From the NCBI GenBank assembly GCA_964016885.1, contig OZ024743.1, positions 302,126,001 to 302,190,000 on the forward strand: a stretch of 64,000 bases of DNA, given 5' to 3'. Below, one piece after another: positions 11,690 to 26,736 of this stretch. Both the position numbers and the translations under genes were made by a program. Within the stretch, counting starts at the first letter, position 1, and each line of letters starts with the position of its first letter. The stretch comes from Eledone cirrhosa (taxonomy: Eukaryota). The notes beneath the pieces were generated by a model. That model had not been told where the DNA came from. It did not search any database and was given only the letters and a program-made list of their open reading frames with translations.

Positions 11690-13782
11690 TATAGCGAGGA
11701 TACTGGGTGTATGAATGTAACAAAACGAAACATGGTTTGTGTATATAATATTTAATTAACGGTAGATAGAATACTTGACATGTCAAAGATAGATGTTAGA
11801 ATGAAACAAAGTTAGTAGTTACCGTTTTGATTGCCAGGCAAACGCGGCTGGCAGAGGGCGCCTGGCTAAGGCCAGGCGCCTGTTGGCCAAATTAATGGCA
11901 GAGCCAAATGAGAGGCTCTTCGACCTGGTGCCGAAAAGGCAAAGAGAGGAAGGAAGCTTAAAGTTGTTAGTTTTATAGGGCTGTGACCGGAAGTCGCAGA
12001 AAGGGTTCCACCTCCCGTCTAGATCCCAATCAAAACAAGGGAGACAACCGCTACATAACCTCCCGCCAGAATTTTAGTGTATAAAAATCGAAATGAAAAC
12101 ATGTAGCAAGTTGGCGAGAATGTTGTAACAGGCATGAAAATTACGACAAAAGAATGTTTGGAAAAATCAATGATAGATATCAAGGTAGCCAACCGCTCTT
12201 GGCCAGAGAACGACTGGACATCCATCTATCCATCACCCAAAGATACAATGTAATAAAGTAAAAGTAATAGAAGAGCTCAAAGTTCAAAATATAGTTCACA
12301 GGTGTGCAATCACATGACAGCTGGAAAGAAAGTGTGTTCCAGAGAATGAATGCAGGTGGTTTCTGTTCTGTGGTATATCGTGAAATTTCCAACCTCCGAA
12401 TGGATTTTCTCACAGGAAGAGTGCTGCAAAAATAAATTCTCTGGCTTTGGTGAAGCTGTGTTGATGTATTGCTGTTGCTGTTATATTGCTGTTGCTGCTG
12501 CTGTTGTCTCGCTGAGTGAGCGTATTCGGTGTTTAAATTCACAGTAAAAAAATTTTTTTTTAGAAAAAAATGAGTTGCGCAAAGTGCTAGAAATAGCAGC
12601 CGAAGTTGATGGTCGATGTTGAGAATGCGTTGACCTGGAAGGGTCAAGAGGCCAGCGACCAGAGAAATAAGCATTCTTAATAAATGCGCGGTTATCAACG
12701 GTAAATTTACATTGTAAATTTATAAACCGGCAAATAGAAGAATATAGCTTAAGGCGAAGAATCCCTGGTGATAAATGGCGTGCGGCTGTCTGTGAGTAGA
12801 GACATCTCAGTGAATCGAGAATTTATGCTGCCTACACGTGCCAATACCTGGTTGAAAAAAAAATATTTCTAACGCGCGAGAAAATGATAGTGCAATTTTG
12901 AAAGTGACAATGATGAAAAAGAAAGGCTTCAATCAGCATAATCATTGGTGTGAACTTTTGAAAAAAACAAAAAACTTGAACGATGAAGAAAACGATGAAC
13001 AAAAGGCAATGGTTCATCGAAAATAAATGTTCCTGTTGAAATGTTTTTTAAAGAATATCAGACTTCTTTTTTTTTTTTTGTGTTTTGAAAGAGTTCGTTG
13101 TAAGAAACGAGAAACATATATATATATCGTGAAATGTTTTTTTTGTTTTGAAAGTGTTCGTTGTAAGAAACGAGAAACATATATATATATATTGGTGAAA
13201 TACGACAGTTAATTGATGCGTGAGAGAAAAAGTATGTCTGTGCGAATTCCACATGTGCGTGTGTGCGTGTCCTTGAGTATTTTCATAGTTTGTCGCTAAA
13301 TTTGCTGTGTATTCGTAATGTTACTCACAAAACCAGATGTGCTATTTTTTCTTTTTTTGGGGGTGACCACTTATAGCGATGAACGGCTGCGTGTTCGTAT
13401 CACGTCAGGGTCACCAATATAGCGAGGATACTGGGTGTATGAATGTAACAAAACGAGACTGGTTTGTGTATATAATATTTAATTAACGGTAGATAGAATA
13501 CTTGACATGTCAAAGATAGATGTTAGAATGAAACAAAGTTAGTAGTTACCGTTTTGATTGCCAGGCAAACGCGGCTGGCAGAGGGCGCCTGGCTAAGGCC
13601 AGGCGCCTGTTGGCCAAATTAATGGCAGAGCCAAATGAGAGGCTCTTCGACCTGGTGCCGAAAAGGCAAAGAGAGGAAGGAAGCTTAAAGTTGTTAGTTT
13701 TATAGGGCTCTGACAGGAAGTCGCAGAAAGGGTTCCACCTCCCGTCTAGATCCCAATCAAAACAAGGGAGACAACCGCTACA
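11690..13782 (-). mobile_element. Non-autonomous LTR retrotransposon (TRIM-like), no coding capacity
   Basis: LTRs 11690-12055 and 13418-13782 with few differences; minus-strand termini TGTAGCG...CGCTATA; 4-bp TSD TGCT (11686-11689 and 13783-13786); tRNA-Trp PBS ending at 13416; purine-rich tract GGCGGGAGGTTA (12056-12067) before the 3' LTR; CCCTATAAAA in the LTR. Confidence 0.92.
13385..13416 (-). promoter_or_regulatory. Primer-binding site complementary to the tRNA-Trp 3' end
   Basis: Plus strand GGCTGCGTGTTCGTATCACGTCAGGGTCACCA resembles the tRNA-Trp 3' half including CCA; lies 1 nt from the 5' LTR. Confidence 0.85.
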
Positions 13783-13828
13783 TGCTAAAACAGCTTTTGA
13801 CCTACAAAAATGTTACAGGCCATCGTTA

Positions 13829-14140
<312 letters not shown>

Positions 14141-14704
14141 AAATGTTCTTTCCGTACCACGGAAGAATTTAGAAATCTCCAAAACTTGAAAACGCCCACC
14201 ACTTCTCTCAACTCTAAGAACGAGATCTTTAGATGTTGGCTACACCTGAAATCGCATCTACTTTTTAACTGGATTAACATACCTGCGTTTAATCCACCAC
14301 CTTCAGCTTCTTCTTTACTCATCACGCCTTCCACCCACAACCAATTTCATTACCTTTTGAAATTATACTTTCTACCAAGCATATACTTTTTCTATCTCAT
14401 CCTTCTCTATATTTCTTTCGAAGTATATCCCCCCCCCCTTACTATGTACCTTACCTTTAATACATACAAAACTTTATCATTTACCCATATCCCTTTTTAA
14501 CTATATAACCTTACTCAGATCTCATCACAAACACTTTCCCTCTTTTACATCCCCTTTCTCGCTTACCTCATTTTATTAATCGTTTTTATTATTTTATTTC
14601 ACTATTACTTACCCACTAGGTGTTTAAGTGTACACTTAAGGTTGTATTTGGGCGCATATGCAGACAGACTTATGTGTACTTACATATTTACGTGTTTTTA
14701 TTCA

Positions 14705-15170
<466 letters not shown>

Positions 15171-15627
15171 AATTTCCAACCCGCTCGCTCTTTCGAAAAT
15201 ATCCTTACTATATATATATATATGTATGTGTGTTTGTGTGTATATATGTATGTAATCATTTGTTTATATATATTTGTATTTTTGTATGCGTGTGTTTGTG
15301 TATATATATTTGTTTTGTATATATGTTTTTATATACGTCTATAGACTTACGTATATATTCATTTGTATGCGTGCGTTAATTTCTTATTGCGTGAGTGTGT
15401 GCGCACGCGGATTTGTACGTATGTACTTGGGTCATGTACCTTTGAAATTCATTTATTGATTGTAGGGTTTTTTGTATGTGTATGCGTGTGGATGTGTGTG
15501 TTTTGTGTGTATGTGTGTGTATATATGCGTTTATATATGTGTATATATATGTATATGCATGCACATATGTGTGTATGTGTACGTATATCTATTTTATATA
15601 TATATTCATATATATATATATATATAT

Positions 15628-15691
<64 letters not shown>

Positions 15692-15694
<3 letters not shown>

Positions 15695-15866
15695 GGAACG
15701 AGTAGGACCTCGATGGCTGAGCTCAAGACGTTTCGACGGCTAATTCTCACGGCTTGAGCTCAGCCGTCGGGGTCCTACTCGTTCCTATTACCCACTCTAC
15801 TACCCTAAGTATTGAGTACGTTGGTTCGTTTGGTCCACCTGGTTCCTTACCACATTTCCTTCGTTA
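15692..15866 (+). mobile_element. PLE pseudo-LTR tail fragment with fold-back, inserted in (TA)n
   Basis: Reverse complement of the 36763-36900 terminus of the PLE at 36.8-40.2 kb; inverted repeat 15692-15788. Confidence 0.75.
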
Positions 15867-15882
15867 TATATATGCGAATGAG

Positions 15883-18360
15883 TGTTTAACCATCGTCTCA
15901 GTGTGTTTGGCCTTTAACGTTTGTTATAGCTCTGGTTCATCTGAATCATTGAGCACTTGCCGCACATCTAGGAGGTTGTTTTTCGTCATTTCGTGGGCTG
16001 AAATGCGGATCTTGATAATTTATGTTTGTATTATTCTCCAGACTCTAGCTATTGACCAGTTAATTTTCTTGATTTTTCAGTTGATTCTATTGACTTATGA
16101 ATAGCTTATGTTAATTTTAATCCTTCTGTTGAGAACTCTATTCGATTTGTGATGTTTTTGCATTATTGCAAAAATATACACAACTGAATTCATTCGCCTG
16201 ATATAGGGGTTGCCTCCCTTGCCTATCCCCACGTGGGGTCAGCAATAGTCAGTCCTTGTATTAACATTGAACTAAAACCTGTTGAGAAAGTAGCTTCCTT
16301 GTTCAATCATCTTACCAGAAGCCTGACATTATTTATGTAAGCGGACGGTACATGATTTTGGAGCCGCAGAAACCCATATATTGGATTTTACCAACCTTCC
16401 AGGGGTCCGAGTAAATTTTCAATACCCGAATTACTTGATCGTTTTTTGGGGCTAAGCGAAATATTGTTTAACCATCGTCTCAGTGTGTTTGACCTTTAAC
16501 GTTTGTTATAGCCCTGGTTCATCAGAATCATTGAGCACTTGCCGCACATCTCGGAGGTTGTTTTACGTTATTTCGTGGGCCTAAATGCGAATCTCGATAA
16601 TTTATGTTTGTATTATTCTCCAGACTCTAGCTATTGACCAGTTAATTTTCTTGATTTTTTAGTTGATTCTATTGACTGATGAATAGCTTATGTTAATGTT
16701 AACCCTTCTGTTGAGAACTCTATTCGATTTGTGATGTTTTTGCATTCTTGCAAAAATATACACAACTGAATTCATTCGCCTGATATAGGGGTTGCCTCCC
16801 TTGCCGATCCCCACGTGGGGTCAGCAATAGTCAGTCCTTGTATTAACATTGAACTAAAACCTGTTGAGAAAGTAGCTTCCTTGTTCAATCATCTTACCAG
16901 AAGCCTGACATTATTTATGTAAGCGGACGGTACTTGATTTAGGAGCCGAAGAAACCCATATACTGGATTTTACCAACCTTCCAGGGGTCCGAGTAAATTT
17001 TCAATACCCGAATTACTTGATCGTTTTTTGGAGCTAAGCGAAATATTGTTTAACCATCGTCTCAGTGTGTTTGACCTTTAACGTTTGTTATAGCCCTGGT
17101 TCATCAGAATCATTGAGCACTTGCCGCACATCTCGGAGGTTGTTTTACGTTATTTCGTGGGCCTAAATGCGAATCTCGATAATTTATGTTTGTATTATTC
17201 TCCAGACTCTAGCTATTGACCAGTTAATTTTCTTGATTTTTCAGTTGATTCTATTGACTGATGAATAGCTTATGTTAATTTTAATCCTTCTGTTGAGAAC
17301 TCTATTCGATTTGTGATGTTTTTGCATTATTGCAAAAATATACACAACTGAATTCATTCGCCTGATATAGGGGTTGCCTCCCTTGCCTATCCCCACGTGG
17401 GGTCAGCAATAGTCAGTCCTTGTATTAACATTGAACTAAAACCTGTTGAGAAAGTAGCTTCCTTGTTCAATCATCTTACCAGAAGCCTGACATTATTTAT
17501 GTAAGCGGACGGTACTTGATTTTGGAGCCGCAGAAACCCATATACTGGATTTTACCAACCTTCCAGGGGTCCGAGTAAATTTTCAATACCCGAATTACTT
17601 GATCGTTTTTGGGGGCTAAGCGAAATATTGTTCAACCATCGTCTCAGTGTGTTTGACCTTTAACGTTTGTTATAGCCCTGGTTCATCAGAATCATTGAGC
17701 ACTTGCCGCACATCTCGGAGGTTGTTTTACGTTATTTCGTGGGCCTAAATGCGAATCTCGATAATTTATGTTTGTATTATTCTCCAGACTCTAGCTATTG
17801 ACCAGTTAATTTTCTTGATTTTTTAGTTGATTCTATTGACTGATGAATAGCTTATGTTAATTTTAACCATTCTGTTGAGAACTCTATTCGATTTGTGATG
17901 TTTTTGCATTCTTGTAAAAATATACACAACTGAATTCATTCGCCTGATATAGGGGTTGCCTCCCTTGTCTATCCTCACGTGGGGTCAGCAATAGTCAGTC
18001 CTTGTATTAACATTGAACTAAAACCTGTTGAGAAAGTAGCTTCCTTGTTCAATCATCTTACCAGAAGCCTGACATTATTTATGTAATTTATGTAAGCGGA
18101 CGGTACTTGATTGAGGAGCCGCAGAAACCCATATACTGGATTTTATCAACCTTCCAGGGGTCCGGATACAGTTTTACTACCCGAATTACTCGATCGTTTT
18201 TTGGGCGAATGATTGTTTAACCATCGTCTCAGTGTGTTTGGCCTTTAACGTTTGTTATAGCTCTGGTTCATCTGAATCATTGAGCATTTGCCGCACATCT
18301 CGGAGGTTGTTTTTCGTTATTTCGTGGGCCGAAATGCGAATCTCGATAATTTATGTTTGT
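15883..18360. repeat. ~582-bp tandem repeat, about 4.25 units
   Basis: TGTTTAACCATCGTCTCAGTGTG recurs at about 15883, 16465, 17047, 17629 and 18213; diverged relative at 32470-32780. Confidence 0.95.
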
Positions 18361-18774
18361 AACTATATATATATATATATATTTTGTTCTTATTTATTTT
18401 TTTATTTAGTCATTCCTACTTGCTTACTCCTTCCCAAAGTTAAGTGTATATATATGTGCATATGTATGTGAATGTATTTTTGTATATATCTGTGTATATG
18501 TATGTGTATGTATGTATGTTCCTGTCCATATTTCTTTGTAGACGCTAATATGTTTGTTTGAGTTTACCTCTACATACTTTTTAGTATATGCGCGAAGTTG
18601 TTTGTGTGTATGTTTACGTTCTGGATATTTAAATATGTATATATATATATAAAGATATACATTTTATTATTTGTTTCCTCTATTTCCTTTTCACCGGCTT
18701 TTTCAGCCTCACTTTCAAATTTCCTAAATTTTATTTTCAAATCCATATTTAATAAAAACACCATGTTTTTTTTA

Positions 18775-18816
18775 TTTATTCTGACGACTGAAGACAGAAA
18801 CCACTGGTAAATGAAA
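18775..18816 (+). ncRNA. Hammerhead-like motif (type I, short stem II)
   Basis: TTTATT-CTGACGA-CTGAAGACA-GAAACC-ACT-GGTA-AATGAA: stems I and III pair, GUA site. Confidence 0.5.
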
Positions 18817-18871
18817 TATTTATCTTATGTTGTTTATTACATAACTCTCTCTCTATATATATTTATATATT

Positions 18872-18977
<106 letters not shown>

Positions 18978-19717
18978 TATATATACCGTTTCCACTTCAT
19001 TTATAGGCGACTGTGTAGTAAATTAGATGATTAAGTTGAATTGTCAGGATTTTGAAAGTTCTTGTGTCATAAAAGGAATATAGACAAATTAATTTATACC
19101 ACAGCTCAAAGTCTTGTGTTGTTCGCTGCATTCATAAATTATTTATGTAATTTAGACATGTCATATATACACATCTATCCGGTTTCCCATTGATATCCCT
19201 GGCAAGCATTTATCTGAATGTCAGTTAGATAGGAAATCGTTTGTATGTGTACGTACTCATAACTACTATCTCATACATTTCGGGATAAGTGGCATTGGAT
19301 TTGCAGTTACACTTATAGAAGGAATGTTGACATTTATTAACTCCGTAGTCATCCGATAACACTCTTGGAATTATGCGTGTAATTACTTTCTCTCACCTTA
19401 TAAACATAAGGTAACTTATCGAGATTAGAAACTTATTAATCACAATATATTGAGAAGCTTCTTAGGCCTAACTTTAATCAAACAATCTCTTATGTTTTAA
19501 CTAAATATTCAAATATATCTAATAATCATTAAATCTTTCTCGTCCGAATTGTCATTGGGTAAATGCCGTATAAAGCTATTGTAAGACACAAGTACATACT
19601 ACTGTGGCGGATGTATTTTATAAAGAAGAAATTATCTAACAGTTAAAATACACTAATTGAACGTAGTATAATCTGGTTGAAACGCCGCTGATAATGCAGT
19701 ATATTCCATTGCATGAA

Positions 19718-19970
19718 GGCGCGTGGCTCTGTGATTTGGCTCAACATCGTAAGGTTGCGAGTTTGATTTCCGACGGCGCATTGTGTCCATGAGGAAGGCA
19801 TTTTATTTCACGTTCCTACAGTCCTCTCAAGGCGGCGAATTAGCAGAGTCGTAAGAACGTCGGATATAATGCTTCGTGGTATTTGTTCCGGCTCGCTATT
19901 CTCTAAGTTCAAATCCCACCGAAGTCAACTTTCCCTTTTACGCTTTAGAGGTCGATAAAAAAAATTTGGT
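19718..19970 (+). mobile_element. Two adjacent or nested degenerate tRNA-derived SINEs
   Basis: tRNA-like head at 19718; second head from about 19831 with AGTTCAAATCCCACCGAAGTCAACTTT...GTCGATAAAA matching the 60338 copy. Confidence 0.65.
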
Positions 19971-21242
19971 CTAATACTGTGGTCAATTCATCAGATTTCT
20001 GGAAGAAATCTGCTGTATTCAGGCCTGAAAAGTCATGGACTCCGACAAGCTTAACATTCCCAATACCCTAACCTTAACCTTACCACTCTATCAGGATTTA
20101 CGTGACCATACCATACCAATCAACTCATATGGCAATAATGAGTTATACCTATAATTCGAATGGCCTGTCTTATCACAGTCCATGTCCCGATGAATATCCC
20201 TAAGAAATACGTTAAGGATACGCTTGTCTGTTGAATGCTCGGTCACATGTATGTTAATTTCACGAGCTGGATGTTCTGTTGATTGGATCAACAGGAAGAC
20301 TCTTCTTCGTATACGACGGAGTGCCAGCTGTTTACATTATAGCATTAAAGTCACTGTAACATAATACACTAGATAAATGGAAAGCATCATCATCTCATTT
20401 AGTTTTTTAAAAAAAGTAGCGATATATTTCTATCAATATAACCTTAATATATGATGGCTTCACATAAAAAAAAATGTAACAAATATCAATCCAACATATT
20501 CGGTCACCTCGAAATCAAATCTTCTATTTCCACTACTGTATTATATCACAGTCTACATATATATAACCTTAAATGATGTTCAATTATTTGTTATTGCATA
20601 AATGTTAGTAAATATCATCCGCATAAGTATCTTCCCAGAGACATTGGCTATAATGATCCCAATACAATCGTTAATATTTATTTAAATGTTTCAACGATCG
20701 AAAATTAATTCCAAAGTGAAAGTTGCAACTAGAGTATTGGAGACGAAATACAACGTAAGGAATTACATGATATAGTCCGGTATTGATTGCCACTCTAAGA
20801 TGTGTCCTTGCTAATATGTTAGTTTAATTAAATCTAGACGAAGGTAGAATCGTATTCTCTCACGTAGGGAAATTTAATTATAAATACAATATTTCTTCTC
20901 AAGACTTTTCTGCAAAGTTAGTCGTAAAAGTTTAAAATAAATTAGAAATAGCTAAATAATTTCCAGAAACAACCATAATAAATATCTCTCATAAATTTCA
21001 CAAGGAACGGAATTTTCTAACATGGCAGACTCCACATAATTACCTTCATTTTAATTCAACACTTCTGTATCAAAGCCAATGCCATAAATTATTATTCAAA
21101 ATATACCGCAATATTGAGTTATGTAACAAGAAATTAAAGAGTTATTATAAGCGTGAAGTCTTTACTATATTTTGGAGAAAATATCCATCTTAAAACATGG
21201 GAGTCAGATGTTCATCCTGCACATATAAATTATCCTCCCAAT

Positions 21243-21396
21243 CAATGCCGGATTTATCATTGTCGTTAGATGACCTTAAGCAGAGGGCACCCATGGCTAG
21301 GGAGGGGACCGTCTTCCTACCCCCCAAAAAGCTTTACCTCTATTCCGGCTCAGGTAACAACTAGCACAGGGACTCATTTGTCCTAAATTCTGCACT
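21243..21396. mobile_element. Possible small MITE
   Basis: Imperfect TIRs CAATGCCGGATTTA / TAAATTCTGCACTG; no TSD seen. Confidence 0.3.
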
Positions 21397-22040
21397 GATT
21401 TCATCGCTAGTAACCATGCAGTAATGATTTCTAATTATCCTTCCAGATTAACTAATAACTTGACAACCATCAAAAATGTATTTGTTCATTTAAAGATACT
21501 ATTTATTTCGTTAACACCAATGACTCTTTGTTATTTCAATGGAATTCTTATACAGGTCGAGTACAAATATAATCAATGTCTAAATATCTTTTCATTTATA
21601 GCTGTTCACTACATAAATAAATTATTTTGGAAAAATACATATATAAAAAAAAAAATATTGAATTCATACATATATACTTCATAGTTTATTCTTGCTATTT
21701 CGGAAACATTCTAACTACCGCAAATGTAATGAAGCAGATTTTAAGCATACAACTCCTGAGCTATAGATCGAATATTATTTCACATTTCATGCGTAAGTGT
21801 GTGATAGTGAACGGAATATACATTTTAGAATCAAGCACCTCAACTGCTGGTAGATACCGAAAGTTCAAGGATAATGTTCGTATAACTATTATATCAGTTC
21901 TTATACAGTTTGTTAATATATATATATGTGTGTGTGTGTGTGTGCGTGTGCGCGCGCATGTGTGTGTGTGTGTGGAAAAATATGATTTACACCAACATAG
22001 GACAGCTTAGGAATGTAGGAGTTAATCTAAATAAAATAGT

Positions 22041-22165
22041 TGTTTCTACATTTGGCACAAGGCCAGCAATTACCCAGTACATTACTGGTACTTTATTTTA
22101 TCGACCCCATAAGGATCAAAGGCAAAGTTGACCTCGGCGGGATTTGAACTCAGATCGTAAAGGGC
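22041..22165 (-). mobile_element. tRNA-derived SINE (5' truncated)
   Basis: Reverse complement of 60405-60526. Confidence 0.8.
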
Positions 22166-23747
22166 CATATAATCTAAATAAAATAATGTCATGTTGTTTT
22201 GCAGTTTGAATAGATTTTCCATATATTTAAGAGATATGTATCATAATTCAAAAACGAGCGCATCTATCTTAAACCGAAACAAATATTAGTCATGGTTTAC
22301 ACTCTGAAGTGTGTGGCATGTATAACAGGAATATAATATAGTGTTTGGATGAATACCCATTATTTCGTAGCGCGTAGTCTTCCATATATTATGAACTATA
22401 TATTTCCGACTGGAATAATGAACATGGAATATTTCTGATACAAAATTTACTTTCCATAATATATCTGTATGCCATTCCTCTATTTCAATCACATCAGCGT
22501 AAACTATGAACTATGCAATTATCACTGAATTTTTAATAAGTACCCGTAAAAGAAACGCTTCAGTTGAATTCAAATCACTAAAAATTAATGATTCGTTCAA
22601 CATTGACAACAGCTGATATTTTCCTCCAATCATCACATAATTACTTTTTTATAGTATGAATTTAATTTCTATAGGAAATATTTTAATTTATCATGACACC
22701 ACACCAACAATCATCTAAACAGGGCTTTGTTTTATGGTAATTTATAATTGATTGAGACTGGTTTTAAATACTGACGGCGAATTTCATTTAATAAAATAGG
22801 CATAGAAAATACGTTTTACTAAGTACAGCTCAATTTTCTGATCGTATGAAGCATGGGCTTATTAATATAGAAGTAATCCCAAAGTGGGTGAGGTGAGCTT
22901 AATCGTAAACATATTTTCATCCTCTATTCGTATTATTTTGATATTGAGAGACTATTATACATTAGCAAGTACAGATATCAATGCATAAATTATATTATAT
23001 AAAATTATTCTTAAACCAAATTCGTCTAATTATATTCAACATGGTTGAATATTTGTTGTTTTCCAGCTGTTTCACTAATTAACATCTTCTATATCAATAA
23101 TAGGATGGCAATCATTATTATCAAGGATGTTGCTCTTAGTTTTTATTACTATAATATTTTACCAGTTTCCTGTTAGATTCTAATACACTGCGTAGCATAC
23201 ATCGTCAAATAGAGCGATGCATAGCAATTGTCATTCATGGTCTAGACGTGTGTTAATATGCTACATGCTTTAATTTCATGTACACTTGTCTTCTTTTATG
23301 TGATCTGGAGCCTCATCTCATTGTGTCGAATTGAGCTGTTATTTCCGTGGCTCTTAATTGCATTTCGTCTCTGTTATAAGGTGAATTTGGTAGCATTTTT
23401 GCTTGTGTAAAGTGTATGCACTGTGGTTTATGTTTTTAATTAAAGAATATGTTTTGGAACGTAGATTGCAAAAGCTATCATTGTTCTGTGGGTTGTTTTT
23501 TTGTACCAGAAGATTATTATCTAGAGTAATGATTATGTTATGTCATGTGATTGTAAAAATTAAGTGTACTACGGGTTAGAACTATAATAATAATCCCGCA
23601 TATACATATACGCACCCACACATATACACACACGCGCGCACACATGTACACACGCACACACACACATACACAGACACATACACACACATACACACACACA
23701 CACACACAAAGACACACACACACACACACACACGCGCACATACACAC

Positions 23748-23785
<38 letters not shown>

Positions 23786-24148
23786 TATTAATATATAAGG
23801 TAACACAGATTCAGAGTTGTATCATATACATATTTAATTACATATTACATAAGTTTCATTGTCGATCATCTTGGAGAATGATCCATTACTTATCAATACT
23901 GACTCTGGAATCGGAAGCTTCTACGATATGTTTTAACATGTAGACACGCGTCAAATAGATTGTTCCTCGAGCTTATCGACAGTGAAACACATGTAATATG
24001 TAACTCAATATGTATGATGCAACACTGATTCTTTGGTCCCTTATATATTCATACTATTAATGCCTGCTCCCAAAGAGCATCGGGTGCTCACCCGGCATGC
24101 CGCCAGCGGACGAAATGTACTTACCCTTACCACACACAAATACACACA

Positions 24149-24263
<115 letters not shown>

Positions 24264-24359
24264 GTATATATATGTATATGTGTATATATGTATATGTATG
24301 TATATGTATATATATGTATATGTATATATATGTATATATATATGTATGTATATGTATAT

Positions 24360-24423
<64 letters not shown>

Positions 24424-24547
24424 ATATGTATACATATACATGTATATATACATACATATATATATATACACATACATATATATATATATATATATACATA
24501 CATATATATATACATACATATACATATACATATATATATATATATGT

Positions 24548-24613
<66 letters not shown>

Positions 24614-24621
24614 GTATATGT

Positions 24622-24799
<178 letters not shown>

Positions 24800-24822
24800 A
24801 TATATATATATGTATATGTATA

Positions 24823-24865
<43 letters not shown>

Positions 24866-24940
24866 GTATATATATGTAGGTATATATATATATATCAATA
24901 AATTATACAATTATAAAAGTTGTGTTCAAATCATTTAATA

Positions 24941-24985
24941 GCTGACAATCGTTTCTTCAAAACTCTCCTTTGGAATCATCGGAGC
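24941..24985 (-). ncRNA. Degenerate hammerhead-like motif
   Basis: Minus strand GCT-CCGATGA-TTCCAAAGGAGAGTTTTGAA-GAAAC-GATT-GTC-AGC; core carries U4C. Confidence 0.4.
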
Positions 24986-25267
24986 ATTATGAATGTTTGC
25001 AAATATAATTCACCTCCCATTCAACTGAACAATAATATAGATACATACAAATTGATGTTGTGAGCAACAGTTTCGTATTTACATGCTGGGATGGATGCGA
25101 CATATATTTTACGAGAATTGTACCATAATTGTACAAGCATTCAAGTTAAAATTAAAATCAAAATTAGATCAAAATCAAAATCTAATCGAAAGTACGGGGT
25201 GGAATACATGCGACAGTTAAAACAAGGGAACAGTCCAAATATTAAAGAGGCATTGAGGAAGAAGTTT

Positions 25268-25747
25268 TGAGAAAGGAAGAGTGCGATAACAATTCATATG
25301 CAGGCGTATGGATATTGTCACTGCGTAGATTATATACATGAGAAGGAGACAAGCAAAGCTATTATGCATATATAGAAGAATAAATACTGCAGTTAGAGCA
25401 CTTGTGTTAATGTATTAGAGTCTATGGTGGGTGTTGGATGTTTATGGTGTTCGAATTAATGTGTGTTGAGAAACATAGAGTTTTTGCAGACTTTTCCATA
25501 CATATGTTGAATTAAACTTTAGTTGGTGTTTATAGTGAGTGTTTTAAGTTAGTTAGAATAATGGATTGTAAATTAGTCTTAATGAATTCATATTCATAGA
25601 CTATATTTGATCAGCCGTTAAATTTTCAATCGTTAATTTCCGGAAGTGTATATAGTTTTGTTTGACTCCTTCTCATGTATATGACCTACGCAGTCACAAT
25701 ATCCACACGCCTGCATATGATTTGTTATCGCACTCTTCCTTTCTCAA
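25268..25747. repeat. Inverted repeat, about 95-bp arms with about 290-bp spacer
   Basis: TTGAGAAAGGAAGAGTGCGATAAC... versus ...GTTATCGCACTCTTCCTTTCTCAA. Confidence 0.8.
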
Positions 25748-26736
25748 GTTTGTGTGCATTTTGAAAACCTACAGTATTATGATAACATCAATTTCTGGTT
25801 GATACCAGTTTTTCGTTTTTCCTTTCACATGAACTAACATACTTTTCATTGGATGTAAGGCCACTCGCTCTCGTGTCATGTCTATAACATTTTATTCAGT
25901 GGATATTGTAGTGGTGCTTAAGGGTAAGAACGATAATATAGATGAGGCAGAAGGAATCTCCCCTTCTAACTCTAACCAGGGGGAAATAAAATGTGTAAAG
26001 TATAACATACCATATGAAATCGGCGAGGTACAAAAATTACCTTAGTACTTCCTAATATCCCATTGTTTAAAGATTATTTGTAGAATGTTATTCTACATTA
26101 TTAATATTATGCACACCTATTAGCATGGTGGTTAATGTCATATTTAATGTTTCTCATCCAGTTTAAATCACTTTAATCTTTCTCGATCTACAACCGAATC
26201 AGAGTTATTGTTCATCTTTCTCTTGTATCTAGCGCCGTACTAACCAACGAAAAAAACATTTTTATTATTATTATCATCATCCTATTCATTGATTTATTTA
26301 CTTGTATTCGCAATAGTGCATTATTCACAAATCTAATTATTGAGAAGTGTTTACGTGGTGTACTTAATAGTTTGGTCGCACATGTGTACTAAGTTTTGAT
26401 GCATCATATATGTGTGTTAATACGAGACGCCTTCAAGCCATTTATATATGTTGTGTTGAAAATCTATGTTACTCTATCACCGAGGACGAGGAACGAATTA
26501 TTAGTAGGAACAGATAATTAATAACGAGGGATTAGTTTGCTGACAGTTTTGACATCAAATGCATGTTTAAATTGGAAAAGCTCCTATAGAGTAACATCTG
26601 CCAGATGGAAATGAAATATGGACTTTATAAATTGAGATGGGTGGTTGATTGGGAGAATCGGTAGAGAGTCTGCTTTGCAGGATAGAGCTACGCCCCTTTA
26701 TGATCTGAGTTTACATCCCACAGGTATCAGAACAAA

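Noticed and set aside
12180-12698. 172-aa ORF inside the LTR element
   Set aside because: No gag or pol motifs; includes simple-repeat translation.
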